From the NCBI GenBank assembly GCA_031287815.1, contig JAITSM010000069.1, forward strand, positions 1 through 39,540: a stretch of DNA of 39,540 nucleotides, written 5' to 3'. The translations under genes and the position numbers were made by a program. Below the pieces are notes generated by a model, which was given only the letters and a program-made list of their open reading frames with translations, was not told the origin of the DNA and searched no databases. Source of the DNA: Prevotellaceae bacterium (GTDB lineage: Bacteria; Bacteroidota; Bacteroidia; Bacteroidales; UBA932). How positions within the stretch are numbered: the stretch's first letter is position 1; each line of letters starts with the position of its first letter. Shown here piece by piece: positions 26,638 to 36,014 of the stretch.

Positions 26638-26972
26638 AAAAATGTTTTTTAAGTTAATATTGTTTTTCGCAGCCTTTGGGGTTGTTTCCAAACACAAACT
26701 TTTTCCCATAAAACAACCCCTTGCTGCGAATTTTTATTCGCTGCCAATCCCCATCCGTTCCATTTTTACTTAAGGTACTATAGACAAAAAATGAAACGTG
26801 AACTTATTTTGCCGTGTATAGAGGTTCTGAGCAACCTTGTCACAAAAACAAACTAAATCCACGTTAGTTCATGGTATTCTCTTTGTGACAGTAGAAATTG
26901 CTCAGATTCCTATACACAGAAAAAAGAACGTTAATAACGCTGCAAATATATTACTTTATTTTTTAATTGCAA
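26638..26972 (-). promoter_or_regulatory. Promoter plus ~300-nt structured leader (type II) of paralog C
   Basis: On the minus strand, TTG (26970-72) and TATATTTG (26943-50) have a 19-nt gap. Helices pair 26910-17/26814-21, 26898-905/26827-34 and 26882-90/26838-46. Loop AACGTGGA (26858-65) pairs with TTCACGTT (26795-802), next to a U-tract (26786-94). The proximal hairpin is at 26669-26727. Confidence 0.65.
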
Positions 26973-27001
26973 CTGTTTTTGAAAAAATTTTTGTCGGGGA
27001 A

Positions 27002-28351
27002 CTACCGGATACGCTTTACCGCTTCGTCGAACGGGATGCTTTGCTGCACGCCGGAGTTGAGGTCTTTGAGGGAAATGACGCCGCGCGCCAGCTCCTCTTC
27101 CCCGACAATGGCGGCAAAGGGAATGCCGCGCCGGGCGGCGTAGTCGAATTGTTTTTTGAGTTTGTGGCGGTCGGGGTAGAGTTCCGCCACTATGCCCTGC
27201 GCCCGCATTTGTTGTACATATTTCAAGGCTTGCCGTTCTTCTGCGCCGCCCAGGTTGAAAAACAGCACGCGCGTGCTTTCGGCGGCAGCGGCGGGGAATT
27301 TGCCCAGCTGCCACAGCACGTCGTAAATGCGGTCGGCGCCGAACGAAATGCCCACGCCCGAGACATTGCTCAACCCGAAAATGCCGGTGAGGTCGTCGTA
27401 ACGCCCGCCGCCGCAGATGCTGCCCATTTCCGCATCTTTCGCCTTCACTTCAAAGATAGCGCCGGTGTAGTAGTTCAGCCCGCGCGCCAGCGAAAGGTCC
27501 AGTTCGAGGGTTTGCCGGAGGGGCGCTGTTTGCAGGTAATCCAGTATTTTTTGCAATTCTTCCACGCCCGCCATTCCCGCAGGGGAAGCGGCCAGCGTCG
27601 TTTGCAATGCCGCCAGTTTTTCGCAGTTGCTTCCGGAGAGTGATAAAACCGGCTGCAATTTTTCAATCGCCGCCGCCGGAATGCCTTTTGCAAGCAATTC
27701 TGCCGTTACGGCTTCGCGCCCGATCTTGTCCATCTTGTCTATCGCTACCGTGAGGTCGACCAATTTATCCGCTGCGCCCATAATATCGGCAACGCCGCTC
27801 AACACTTTGCGGTTATTGAGTTTTATCGCCACATTTATATCCAGCAGGGAAAATACTTCGTCGATAATTTGCAGCAGTTCCACCTCGTTCAGCAGCGATG
27901 CGCTGCCGATAACGTCGGCGTCGCACTGGTAAAATTCGCGGTAGCGCCCTTTTTGCGGGCGGTCGGCGCGCCATACCGGCTGCAGCTGGTAGCGTTTGAA
28001 GGGAAAAACAATGTCGTTCTGGTGCTGCACCACAAAGCGGGCAAAGGGCACCGTCAGGTCGTAGCGCAATCCTTTTTCGCATGTTTTTAATGCCAGCGCC
28101 GCGCTGTCGGCGAGGTCGCCGGCCGCCACGCCGGCAAAAGCGTCGCCGGAGTTAAGGATTTTGAACAGCAGCTTATCGCCTTCGTCGCCGTATTTCCCCA
28201 GCAGCGTGGAGAGGTTTTCCATTGCCGGCGTTTCAATAGGCGCATAGCCATACTTTTTATATACATTTCGAATGGTGTCGAAAATATAGTTCCGCCGCGC
28301 CGTTTCAAGCGGCAGGAAATCTCGCGTACCTTTGGGAATAGAGGGCTTCAT
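27002..28351 (-). CDS. hisS: Histidine--tRNA ligase
   Basis: The 449-aa protein starts [14 protein letters not shown] and has class II motifs (FRYERPQ-like [19 protein letters not shown]; GGGRYDDL). Confidence 0.97.
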   Translation of the reverse strand: MKPSIPKGTRDFLPLETARRNYIFDTIRNVYKKYGYAPIETPAMENLSTLLGKYGDEGDKLLFKILNSGDAFAGVAAGDLADSAALALKTCEKGLRYDLTVPFARFVVQHQNDIVFPFKRYQLQPVWRADRPQKGRYREFYQCDADVIGSASLLNEVELLQIIDEVFSLLDINVAIKLNNRKVLSGVADIMGAADKLVDLTVAIDKMDKIGREAVTAELLAKGIPAAAIEKLQPVLSLSGSNCEKLAALQTTLAASPAGMAGVEELQKILDYLQTAPLRQTLELDLSLARGLNYYTGAIFEVKAKDAEMGSICGGGRYDDLTGIFGLSNVSGVGISFGADRIYDVLWQLGKFPAAAAESTRVLFFNLGGAEERQALKYVQQMRAQGIVAELYPDRHKLKKQFDYAARRGIPFAAIVGEEELARGVISLKDLNSGVQQSIPFDEAVKRIR

Positions 28352-28358
28352 TTTTTTA

Positions 28359-28443
28359 AATTATGAATTATAGATTATGAATTATGGGTTATGAATTATG
28401 GGTTATGAGTTGGCTGGCGCCGGAGTTTATACTTCATAATTCA
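28359..28443. repeat. 'Word' hairpin (ATGAATTAT/ATGGGTTAT words, GGCTGGCGCCGG core)
   Basis: It fills the gap between the stop of the 28441 gene and the hisS start. The right arm overlaps the stop codon at 28441-43. Confidence 0.7.
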
Positions 28444-29826
28444 CCGGAATATATGCAGGCTGCCTTTGTATTCCGAAGTGTTGTACTGCACGCCGTCCCA
28501 GCCTTCGCCGTTAATTACGTAGTAATAGACGCCGTCGGCTGCGTTGCTGCCGGCGCCCATCCACTTGCCGTCCCAGCCCTGCCATTCGTCCAGGCGGCCT
28601 TCGTAGCGATACGCCAGCGCGCCCGAGCGGCTGAAGATATACACCTGGATATGTTCTATCGACTCCGGCTCTTTGCCTGTAACGAAGCGGAACACGTCGT
28701 TATAGCCGTCGCCGTTTGGCGTGAAAGCGTTAGGAATAGCGTCGGTGCTGAATTTCGACGGGGAAATAATCAGGCCTGTTTCCGTGCTGTCGGCGCAACC
28801 GGAGGCTGTATTGTAAACGGTTAAGCGCACGACATAGCTGCCCGGCACATAGCCGTCCACCCAATCGTTTTTGTACGGCGAATGAGGGGTTACCGGCAGG
28901 GGCGGCACGGTAGTGGAGTCGCTCCACATGACTAATTGCCCGTAATTTTTATTGGCGTCGCCGAAGCCTTTCCAGTAGTATTTGTCTGCATTCTTGCTCT
29001 TCTCCGAAGAAAACTGTACGCGGTATAACGCTTCGCCTTTCATGGGGTTCTCGGAGGCCGTTTCCCACCGGCCGTCCGCCCATGCTTCGGCGGTGATTTT
29101 TGCATACGCGGCAATGGCCGGCACGGTGTAGGGCGTGGTATAGCTGGCGCTTTTGCCGAACGCGTCCGTAACGGTTACGCTGTAGTTTGATTCTTTCAGC
29201 GGCGGCGGCGCGGCGATAATCGTGTTATAACTGTTGCCCCGCTGCTTCCACGATTCGTCGGCGCCTTCCACCCCTTCGTGGATATTTTCGCCGGAAGTCC
29301 ACCGGATAGCTTGCCAGCCGCTAAAAGTAGAATCGCCGGTATGCGACGGCGAATGTAAAAATTCTTCAAAATTATAAATGGTATAGCCGGCGCGCATCTT
29401 TGGCGTGGTCGTCATTTCCAATCGCAAACCGTTGCACTCGTTGAAGGAGGTGATCGTGTCGATTTTGAAGTTATCAAAAAACACCCAGCACGAAAACGCC
29501 GTGTCGCGCAACGTATTTTTGACCTGCACCCGGTACCCCCCGTCCATTGTAATCTCCAGCGAAGAAGCGGTTACGCCCGGCTCGTCTTTCTGTATAGTGA
29601 AACTTGCATCCGCCGGATTAAGCATCCGCCATGTGAACGTAGAAGCCTGTCCGTCGATGTCCCGCGCGGTTAGCGTGGCGGCGGTTTTGTCAAAAAAAAC
29701 AAATACCTGTTCCGGCTGCCCGGTCAGCCATTGTGTAGGTTTCACCGCATCGGGGCTCACGGCCGACAACTGCGCCGCCGCCGCCAATGGAACAAATAAA
29801 AATATCAGGGAAAAGTACTTTTTCAT
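28441..29826 (-). CDS. Secreted protein with T9SS type-B (gliding-motility C-terminal, CHU_C-like) sorting domain
   Basis: The signal peptide is MKKYFSLIFLFVPLAAAAQ. The C-terminal IPNAFTPNGDGYNDVFRF...GVYYYVI...GSLHIFR is typical of the TIGR04131-type domain. Confidence 0.8.
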   Translation of the reverse strand: MKKYFSLIFLFVPLAAAAQLSAVSPDAVKPTQWLTGQPEQVFVFFDKTAATLTARDIDGQASTFTWRMLNPADASFTIQKDEPGVTASSLEITMDGGYRVQVKNTLRDTAFSCWVFFDNFKIDTITSFNECNGLRLEMTTTPKMRAGYTIYNFEEFLHSPSHTGDSTFSGWQAIRWTSGENIHEGVEGADESWKQRGNSYNTIIAAPPPLKESNYSVTVTDAFGKSASYTTPYTVPAIAAYAKITAEAWADGRWETASENPMKGEALYRVQFSSEKSKNADKYYWKGFGDANKNYGQLVMWSDSTTVPPLPVTPHSPYKNDWVDGYVPGSYVVRLTVYNTASGCADSTETGLIISPSKFSTDAIPNAFTPNGDGYNDVFRFVTGKEPESIEHIQVYIFSRSGALAYRYEGRLDEWQGWDGKWMGAGSNAADGVYYYVINGEGWDGVQYNTSEYKGSLHIFR

Positions 29827-30122
29827 TTTTTGTAAAATAATTTACCCACGCGCCCGATATGTTCCATCAAATCGGGGTTGGTTAGCTGGTGGTAGATAGA
29901 CAAGTCGACGGTATAGGGAAGCAGCAGGTCGTCCAATGCCTGCGTCACTTCTGCGGCGACGGTTCCGTCCAGCCGGCCGCCGCGCATCGCCAGGTCGATA
30001 TCGGAATTGGCGCGGTAATTGCCTTTGGCGCGCGAGCCGTACAATACGACCTCTTCCACTTCGGGAAACCGTGCAAATACGCCGTGAAGTTTTTCAATAT
30101 CATTGTCCCGCAGCCCGAACAT
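29823..30122 (-). CDS. MNT-type nucleotidyltransferase (antitoxin-like)
   Basis: It carries the VVLYGSRAKGNYRANSDIDLAM motif. Its stop overlaps the start of the 28441..29826 gene (ATGA). Confidence 0.8.
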   Translation of the reverse strand: MFGLRDNDIEKLHGVFARFPEVEEVVLYGSRAKGNYRANSDIDLAMRGGRLDGTVAAEVTQALDDLLLPYTVDLSIYHQLTNPDLMEHIGRVGKLFYKK

Positions 30123-30529
30123 TATAGAAGCCCCTCCATCTTTTTTTCAAACTGTGTAAACAGCCGGAAATAGGTATGGGTGATTTTCGCCACTATCTCC
30201 TGTGCGACGGCTTCATTGTAGGTGTGTACCGAATCGATACGGCTACTTATCATCTCCATCCAATGGCGCCCGTCGTCGATGATACCCCTTTGGAATGCCG
30301 TACGGATAGCGTCGCGGCTTCCCATAATCGTTACGTGGGCTTGCTCGTATAGCAGATAATCTTTCATCACATTCCACGCCAATTCGTAGGTGTACTCAAA
30401 GGCCTGTATCAGCCCCTGCTGCTCCAGTTCGTTGAGCGTTTCTTTCTCGAAAAACTTGCGTAACTGCTCCAATGCTTTTTGGTAATTTGCAAATCGCTGT
30501 TTCCACCGTATATCCTGCGTTCCGGTCAT
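30122..30529 (-). CDS. HI0074-family NTase substrate-binding protein (HEPN fold, toxin-like)
   Basis: It has a [15 protein letters not shown] start and an Rx4HxY motif (RIDSVHTY). Its start overlaps the tyrS stop (ATGA at 30526-30529). Confidence 0.75.
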   Translation of the reverse strand: MTGTQDIRWKQRFANYQKALEQLRKFFEKETLNELEQQGLIQAFEYTYELAWNVMKDYLLYEQAHVTIMGSRDAIRTAFQRGIIDDGRHWMEMISSRIDSVHTYNEAVAQEIVAKITHTYFRLFTQFEKKMEGLL

Positions 30530-31815
30530 TTTGCACGAATGATAAAATAATTTTTTTTCCCTTTTTGTACCAGTAAATATTTGCCGTTAATTAACCGCTC
30601 TTCGGTTACCTGGAGCTCTACGCTGCCGGCTTTTCCCTTGTTCAGGCTGACGCCGCCGCCCTGTATCATTTTGCGGCATTCTCCTTTGGAAGGGAACACC
30701 GGCGCGGCCACCGCCAACAATTCCACAATATTCAGCGGTAACGCCGTACGGTCGATGTCGAACACCGGCACGCCGTCGAATACTTCTAAAAATGTTTGTT
30801 CATCGAGCTTTTGCAAGGCGTCGGAGGTAGCGTTGCCGAACAATATTTGCGAAGCTTCTACCGCCGCCTGATAATCGGCTTCGGAATGTACCATGCAGGT
30901 AATTTCCCGCGCCAGCCGTTTCTGCAATTCGCGCAGGTGCGGCGCGGCGGCATGCGCAGCCACCAGTTCTTCTATCTCGTCACGCCCGAGCAATGTGAAA
31001 ATTTTGATATACCGTACCGCATCTTCGTCGCCCACGTTCAGCCAAAACTGGTAGAACGCATAAGGCGATGTGCGTTGGGGGTCGAGCCAGACGTTGCCGC
31101 TCTCCGTTTTCCCAAACTTGCCGCCGTCCGCCTTTGTGATGAGCGGGCAGGTGAGTGCAAACGCTTCGCCGCCGAGTTTGCGGCGTATCAGTTCCGTGCC
31201 GGTAGTGACGTTGCCCCACTGGTCGCTGCCGCCCATTTGCAGCCGGCAGTTCCTGGTTTCGTACAAATACAAAAAGTCGTAGCCCTGCAACAGCTGATAA
31301 GTAAATTCGGTGAACGACATTCCCTCACGTTCTTCGCCGGAAATGCGTTTCCGCACGGAATCCTTACTCATCATATAATTTACCGTGATGTGCTTCCCGA
31401 TGTCGCGGGCAAACGAAAGAAACGTATAATCTTTTGTCCAGTCATAATTATTCAGCACCTCCGCTACATTGGGCGCAGGCGAAGCGAAGTCAAGGAATTT
31501 GTATAATTGTTTTTGTACTCCCTCCTGATTTTTCCGTAGCGTTTCTTCGTCCAGCAGGTTTCGTTCCGCCGATTTCATGCTCGGGTCGCCAATCATGCCG
31601 GTAGCGCCGCCGAGCACCGCCAGCGGCTTATGGCCGCACAATTGCAGATGCCGCAGCATCATTATACTTACCAAGTGCCCGATGTGCAGCGAATCGGCCG
31701 TCGGGTCAAAGCCCACGTAAGCCGTTACCATTTCTTTTAACAGCAATTCTTCCGTTCCGGGCATTACATCATGCAACATTCCCCGCCACCGCAACTCTTC
31801 GATAAAATTTTTCAT
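30526..31815 (-). CDS. tyrS: Tyrosine--tRNA ligase
   Basis: It has the HIGH motif (LHIGHL), a KMSKS-like motif (KFGKT) and a C-terminal S4-like domain. Confidence 0.97.
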   Translation of the reverse strand: MKNFIEELRWRGMLHDVMPGTEELLLKEMVTAYVGFDPTADSLHIGHLVSIMMLRHLQLCGHKPLAVLGGATGMIGDPSMKSAERNLLDEETLRKNQEGVQKQLYKFLDFASPAPNVAEVLNNYDWTKDYTFLSFARDIGKHITVNYMMSKDSVRKRISGEEREGMSFTEFTYQLLQGYDFLYLYETRNCRLQMGGSDQWGNVTTGTELIRRKLGGEAFALTCPLITKADGGKFGKTESGNVWLDPQRTSPYAFYQFWLNVGDEDAVRYIKIFTLLGRDEIEELVAAHAAAPHLRELQKRLAREITCMVHSEADYQAAVEASQILFGNATSDALQKLDEQTFLEVFDGVPVFDIDRTALPLNIVELLAVAAPVFPSKGECRKMIQGGGVSLNKGKAGSVELQVTEERLINGKYLLVQKGKKNYFIIRAK

Positions 31816-32016
31816 GCATATAAATTATTACTTTGCAAAGGTAACAATTTTTTACGGCACAGGTAAAGTTGAATGCGGCTAATTATTTAATGTACTAATG
31901 AGCCTAATTGGGCTGACGCCGCCGCTCTTTATGCTGCACGCTTCACTCAAATTGTTGTAATAACGCAAAAGAGCCTGCCATAGCGGCAAGCTCTTTTAAT
32001 TACTTGATTTTTTCAG

Positions 32017-32091
32017 GGTGAAAGATGGGATTCGAACCCACGACCTCCAGAGCCACAATCTGGCGCTCTAACCAACTGAGCTACGATCACC
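32017..32091 (-). tRNA. tRNA-His (GTG) with G-1; the acceptor stem has two adjacent mismatches
   Basis: The sense sequence is G-GTGATCG-TA-GCTCAGTTGGTTAGAGC-G-CCAGA-TTGTGGC-TCTGG-AGGTC-GTGGG-TTCGAAT-CCCAT-CTTTCAC-C. The D, anticodon and T arms are canonical. Pairs 5:68 (T:T) and 6:67 (C:T) do not form. Confidence 0.8.
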
Positions 32092-32164
32092 ATTGTATAA
32101 CCGTTTTTGTAAACGGCGTGCAAAGGTACGAAAAAAATTATATATGCTCTATTTTCCTAAGTTT

Positions 32165-32265
32165 TCAAGAATATTTTATTTTTTCACAGTTGCGCGAGGA
32201 AAGCCTAAGGAAAACAAAACGCAACAAAGGTAGCGTTTAGAAAAAACGCCATAATAGTGATTTGC
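32165..32265 (-). other. Conserved 3'-flank module (homolog of 18338..18430)
   Basis: The reverse complement reads ..caaatcactattatGGCGTTttttctaAACGCTacctttgTTGCGttttgttttccttaggctttcctcGCGCAActgtgaaaaaataaaatattc. Confidence 0.6.
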
Positions 32266-32369
32266 TTCTTCAAATTTTGCCAAAGTTTTCGATGCAGTCT
32301 TACGTACTGAACCCGGCTGGATTTTTAGTAGACAGTTTATTAAATAAATCGTGTTCATTAAAGTGGATT

Positions 32370-32810
32370 TTATCGAACGCAACGTCCCAGCAGCCTCCCC
32401 GTTAATGGGCTTACGAGATGTTTTTCAAATTGCACTCCACCTAAATTATAGCTGCCGCAAGTAGCAGCGTTCGCGCAATCACCGCCCCAGTAATTCGAGA
32501 TAATCCATCTTGAACTACCGCTTACGCAGCATGCTTGTGTGCTGGCAGACCACCCGGCAGTCAATACATCAGCAGCGACGCCACTCATTACATTATTGTT
32601 CCATTTACCGCTTTGAGCTGCACATAGCATATCACCATACATCGCAGGCCTCCATCCCGCCGGACATTCATGATTTGAAGACGAGTAATTAGCAACTATT
32701 TTATAACTCTCCTTTTTCCACTCCATATCACATACTTATACTGCATTATCATCCGCCAAATCTCTACAGTAACTACCGACAACGGTCAAATGTGGAAGGC
32801 ATGAACAATT
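32370..32810 (-). pseudogene. 5'-truncated, stop-interrupted remnant of a secreted-paralog gene (FISH-type C-terminal domain only)
   Basis: The 118-aa ORF (CPAGWRPAM..., ending LLGRCVR) continues upstream in frame as ..CSCLPHLTVVGSYCRDLADDNAV*VCD. That matches paralog C (..STHCRDAIADEAS..). There is no signal peptide, N-domain or leader. The in-frame TAA is at 32736-32738. Confidence 0.65.
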
Positions 32811-32874
32811 AGTTGAAAGTTGCCGCCTGTTTTCGCAGGCGGCTTTGCTTTGGAGGGCAATGGAATATTTTGCG

Positions 32875-32882
32875 TATATTTG
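32875..32882 (+). promoter_or_regulatory. -7 promoter box TATATTTG for the deacetylase gene
   Basis: The context is gcgTATATTTGtg, matching the TAnnTTTG consensus. Confidence 0.4.
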
Positions 32883-32956
32883 TGGGAAAATAAGAGCTAT
32901 GCATTAAGTTGTAAATTAGAACATCATCATTCAACTAACCATTAACCACTAAACTC

Positions 32957-33568
32957 ATGCGCTTCAGCCCGCCGCGATTTATACGCAATTTATTCCCGAA
33001 CTTCATCTGGAATTTCCCTGCGGAAAAGGATGGTATTTATTTGACTTTCGACGACGGGCCTACCGCCGAAGTTACGCCCTGGGTGCTTGATCAGCTGACG
33101 AAATTCAACGCCAAAGCGACCTTTTTCTGTTTGGGAAAAAATGTGGAAATGAACCCTGAATTATTCGAACAAATTAAGGCGCGGGGGCATGCCGTCGGCA
33201 ATCATTCCTACAGCCATATCAAAGGCTGGGGCATGGATACCGGCATTTACCTGCGCGATGTGGATTTGGCGGAAAGTTTTATCGGCAACAATTTGTTCCG
33301 CCCGCCGTATGCGCGTATCGGGCCGTATCAGGCGCGAATGGTCGGGGAACGCTATAATATTATTATGTGGAGCGTGCTGAGCCGCGACTATAGCCGCAGC
33401 TTGACAGGCAAAGCCTGTGTGCGCGGCGTAATAAAATCCTTGCGTCCGGGCGACATTGTGGTATTCCACGATTCCCGCAAGTCGGCGAAAAACCTTTGGT
33501 TTGCCCTGCCGGTAGTGCTGGATTTTATTTATTCCAAAGGCTGGAAATGCAAAGCGATTATGATGTGA
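32957..33568 (+). CDS. Polysaccharide deacetylase (NodB homology domain)
   Basis: It has the YLTFDDGPT motif, HSYSH and the usual ~200-aa size. Confidence 0.85.
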   Translation: MRFSPPRFIRNLFPNFIWNFPAEKDGIYLTFDDGPTAEVTPWVLDQLTKFNAKATFFCLGKNVEMNPELFEQIKARGHAVGNHSYSHIKGWGMDTGIYLRDVDLAESFIGNNLFRPPYARIGPYQARMVGERYNIIMWSVLSRDYSRSLTGKACVRGVIKSLRPGDIVVFHDSRKSAKNLWFALPVVLDFIYSKGWKCKAIMM

Positions 33569-33634
33569 TGGCAGGCGTGAAGGGTGAAGCGATGATGAGG
33601 TGGTGCTAAATCCATAAATTCGTAAAATAAAAAA

Positions 33635-34915
33635 ATGATGTATCGTGTATTATTGACAGGGTCGGGGGGAAGAGAGCATGCGCTGGCATGGAAGCTGGCG
33701 CAGAGCAAGCGTTTGGAGAAGCTGTTCATTGCGCCCGGCAATCCCGGCACCGCTGCCGTCGGCGAAAATATCGCCGTTGCCGTAAATGATTTTGAAGCGT
33801 TGAAAAAAATAACGCTGGAGCAAAAAATAAACCTGATTGTCGTAGGCCCCGAAGAGCCTTTGGTGAACGGCATCGTTGATTTTTTCGCCGCTGACAAGGC
33901 GGTAAGCAACATACCTGTCATCGGGCCTTGCAGGCGGGGCGCGCAATTGGAGGGCAGCAAGGATTTTGCCAAGAATTTCATGCAGCGCTACGGTATCCCT
34001 ACGGCGCGTTACCAAACCGTTACGGCGGAAACCATTGCTGCGGGCGAACAGTTCCTCGACGAACTGCCGGCGCCTTACGTACTCAAGGCCGACGGGCTGG
34101 CCGCCGGCAAGGGCGTGCTGATTATCCATTCGCGCGACGAGGCGAAACGGCAATTGCGGAACATGCTGCAAGGAATGTTCGGCGCGGCAAGCAACAAGGT
34201 GGTGATTGAAGAATTTTTGCAGGGAATAGAACTTTCGGCGTTTATTTTGACCGACGGGAAAAACTACAAATTATTGCCCGAAGCGAAGGATTACAAACGC
34301 GCGGGCGATAATGACACCGGGCTGAATACCGGCGGCATGGGCGCTGTTTCGCCTGTGCCTTTTGCCACGCCGGCGTTCCTGCAAAAAGTGGAACGGCAGA
34401 TAATACAACCCACCATTGCCGGGCTGCAACAGGAGGGCATTACCTACAAAGGTTTTCTTTTCTTTGGGTTGATGAATGTGAACGGCACGCCCTGCGTGAT
34501 TGAGTACAACGTCCGCATGGGCGATCCCGAAACCGAAGTGGTGTTGCCGCGCCTGCAATCCGATTTGCTGGATTTGTTCGACGGCGTGGCTCAGCAAACG
34601 CTGGATGCGAAAGCCTGCGCCATAGCTCCGGAAACGGCTGTGGCGGTGGTGTGCGTGTCGGGCGGCTATCCCGGAACGTACGGGAAAGGCTATCCGGTAA
34701 CCGGACTGGAGGAAGTGAAGGGAAGCATCGTCTTTCATGCCGGCACGGCGCGGCAGCAGGATACGCTGGTAACTGCCGGCGGGCGCGTGCTGGCGGTTAC
34801 GTCGTTGGCGGAAAGCGTGCCGGCGGCGCGCAAAAAATCGTATGACGCTGCGGCTGCCATTCATTTCCAAGACATCTGTTTCCGGCGGGACATCGGGCTG
34901 GACTGTTTGAACTAA
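33635..34915 (+). CDS. purD: Phosphoribosylamine--glycine ligase
   Basis: VLLTGSGGREHALAWKL, the ATP-grasp core and GGRVLAVT are typical of PurD. Confidence 0.97.
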   Translation: MMYRVLLTGSGGREHALAWKLAQSKRLEKLFIAPGNPGTAAVGENIAVAVNDFEALKKITLEQKINLIVVGPEEPLVNGIVDFFAADKAVSNIPVIGPCRRGAQLEGSKDFAKNFMQRYGIPTARYQTVTAETIAAGEQFLDELPAPYVLKADGLAAGKGVLIIHSRDEAKRQLRNMLQGMFGAASNKVVIEEFLQGIELSAFILTDGKNYKLLPEAKDYKRAGDNDTGLNTGGMGAVSPVPFATPAFLQKVERQIIQPTIAGLQQEGITYKGFLFFGLMNVNGTPCVIEYNVRMGDPETEVVLPRLQSDLLDLFDGVAQQTLDAKACAIAPETAVAVVCVSGGYPGTYGKGYPVTGLEEVKGSIVFHAGTARQQDTLVTAGGRVLAVTSLAESVPAARKKSYDAAAAIHFQDICFRRDIGLDCLN

Positions 34916-34958
34916 GAACGCATCCGTACGATTTTTTTAATGCCAAACCGTAAAGTTT

Positions 34959-35960
34959 ATGATCACAGGCTCCTTTAAACAAAATACTTTTTCTGCACTA
35001 ATCATTTGTTTTTTGCTGTTGTTCGTACTGTGGATACCGTCATTGTTTTCGCTCCTGCAAATTCCTGCCGGCGAAGCGTACCAACAAATGCAAGCGCATT
35101 CGTTATGGATGGGGCTGTTGCCGGGCGCAAAAATCTGGACATACATTGCCTTTATTTTAACCTTCGTTTCCGCCACCGCGCTGCTGATTCTTAACAACCG
35201 TCATTTATTTCATCCGGTAAATGACTTTTTATTGCCGTTGCTGTATGTTTTGTTTTCTTCTGCTATCCCTGCCACGCAATGGTTTTCGGGCACACAGGCC
35301 GTTGTGCTATTCGTTTTTATAGGGCTGCATTATTTATTCCTTTCCCATCAACGCCATCCGGGACTGGCGGAACTGTTTATTGCATCGTTTTGTTTTTCGT
35401 TGGCGTCGCTGTGTTTCCCGCCGGCGTTGCTGTTATTGCTGTTGCTGCCTGTGGCAATAATTATTTTGCGTACCTTCGCCTGGCGCGATTGGGTGGCCTC
35501 TTTCTTCGGCGCGCTCACGCCGTATGCCTACTTGCTTTTCTACTACCGGCTGGCCGCAAAGGATATTGCCGGTACACAGGAAGCGTTTTTGAAACTGTTG
35601 CCGCAAGGCTTGCCCGAAGCGGCTTTTGCCGATACGCCATTGCTCGTTTTTTTCGCGGGCACGGCGCTCCTGTTGTGTTTATCGTTGACGCACACTTTAA
35701 CCAAAGCGTCGGTAAATAAAATAAAAATAATGCACATTCGCACGATTTTCACGTGGATGTTGCTGCTGGTGATCGCCGGCATCATCTTTTACCCTTCCTA
35801 CAATTACCAGGCAATGCCCCTGCTGGCGGCGCCGGTAACGGTGATTACGGCTAATTATTTGGCGCAGCCGGGCAAACGGAAAACGAAAATGCTTTGCTGG
35901 TTGTTTTTATTGGCGGCGATTATTTATTTACAATATAGTGGAATTTTTGTAATTTTGTAA
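34959..35960 (+). CDS. Hypothetical polytopic membrane protein
   Basis: The 333-aa protein has about 9 hydrophobic segments. I recognise no catalytic motif. Confidence 0.6.
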   Translation: MITGSFKQNTFSALIICFLLLFVLWIPSLFSLLQIPAGEAYQQMQAHSLWMGLLPGAKIWTYIAFILTFVSATALLILNNRHLFHPVNDFLLPLLYVLFSSAIPATQWFSGTQAVVLFVFIGLHYLFLSHQRHPGLAELFIASFCFSLASLCFPPALLLLLLLPVAIIILRTFAWRDWVASFFGALTPYAYLLFYYRLAAKDIAGTQEAFLKLLPQGLPEAAFADTPLLVFFAGTALLLCLSLTHTLTKASVNKIKIMHIRTIFTWMLLLVIAGIIFYPSYNYQAMPLLAAPVTVITANYLAQPGKRKTKMLCWLFLLAAIIYLQYSGIFVIL

Positions 35961-36014
35961 AAAAACACAGCGCGTTAAAACGAACGGCAGGCGCGCAAAT
36001 AAACGAATCAGACA

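Noticed and set aside
26813-26918. Leader inverted repeats as an invertible promoter switch (invertase sites)
   Set aside because: The repeats enclose only about 35-70 nt and lie downstream of the promoter. The enclosed segment has no promoter motif, and no recombinase gene is nearby. Compensated changes across four copies fit RNA helices better.
32822-32851. Strong hairpin GCCGCCTG/CAGGCGGC with a T-rich tail, considered as a terminator of a plus-strand gene
   Set aside because: There is no plus-strand gene upstream. It may be a leftover from the rearrangement that truncated the paralog remnant, or a bidirectional insulator, so I did not annotate it as a feature.
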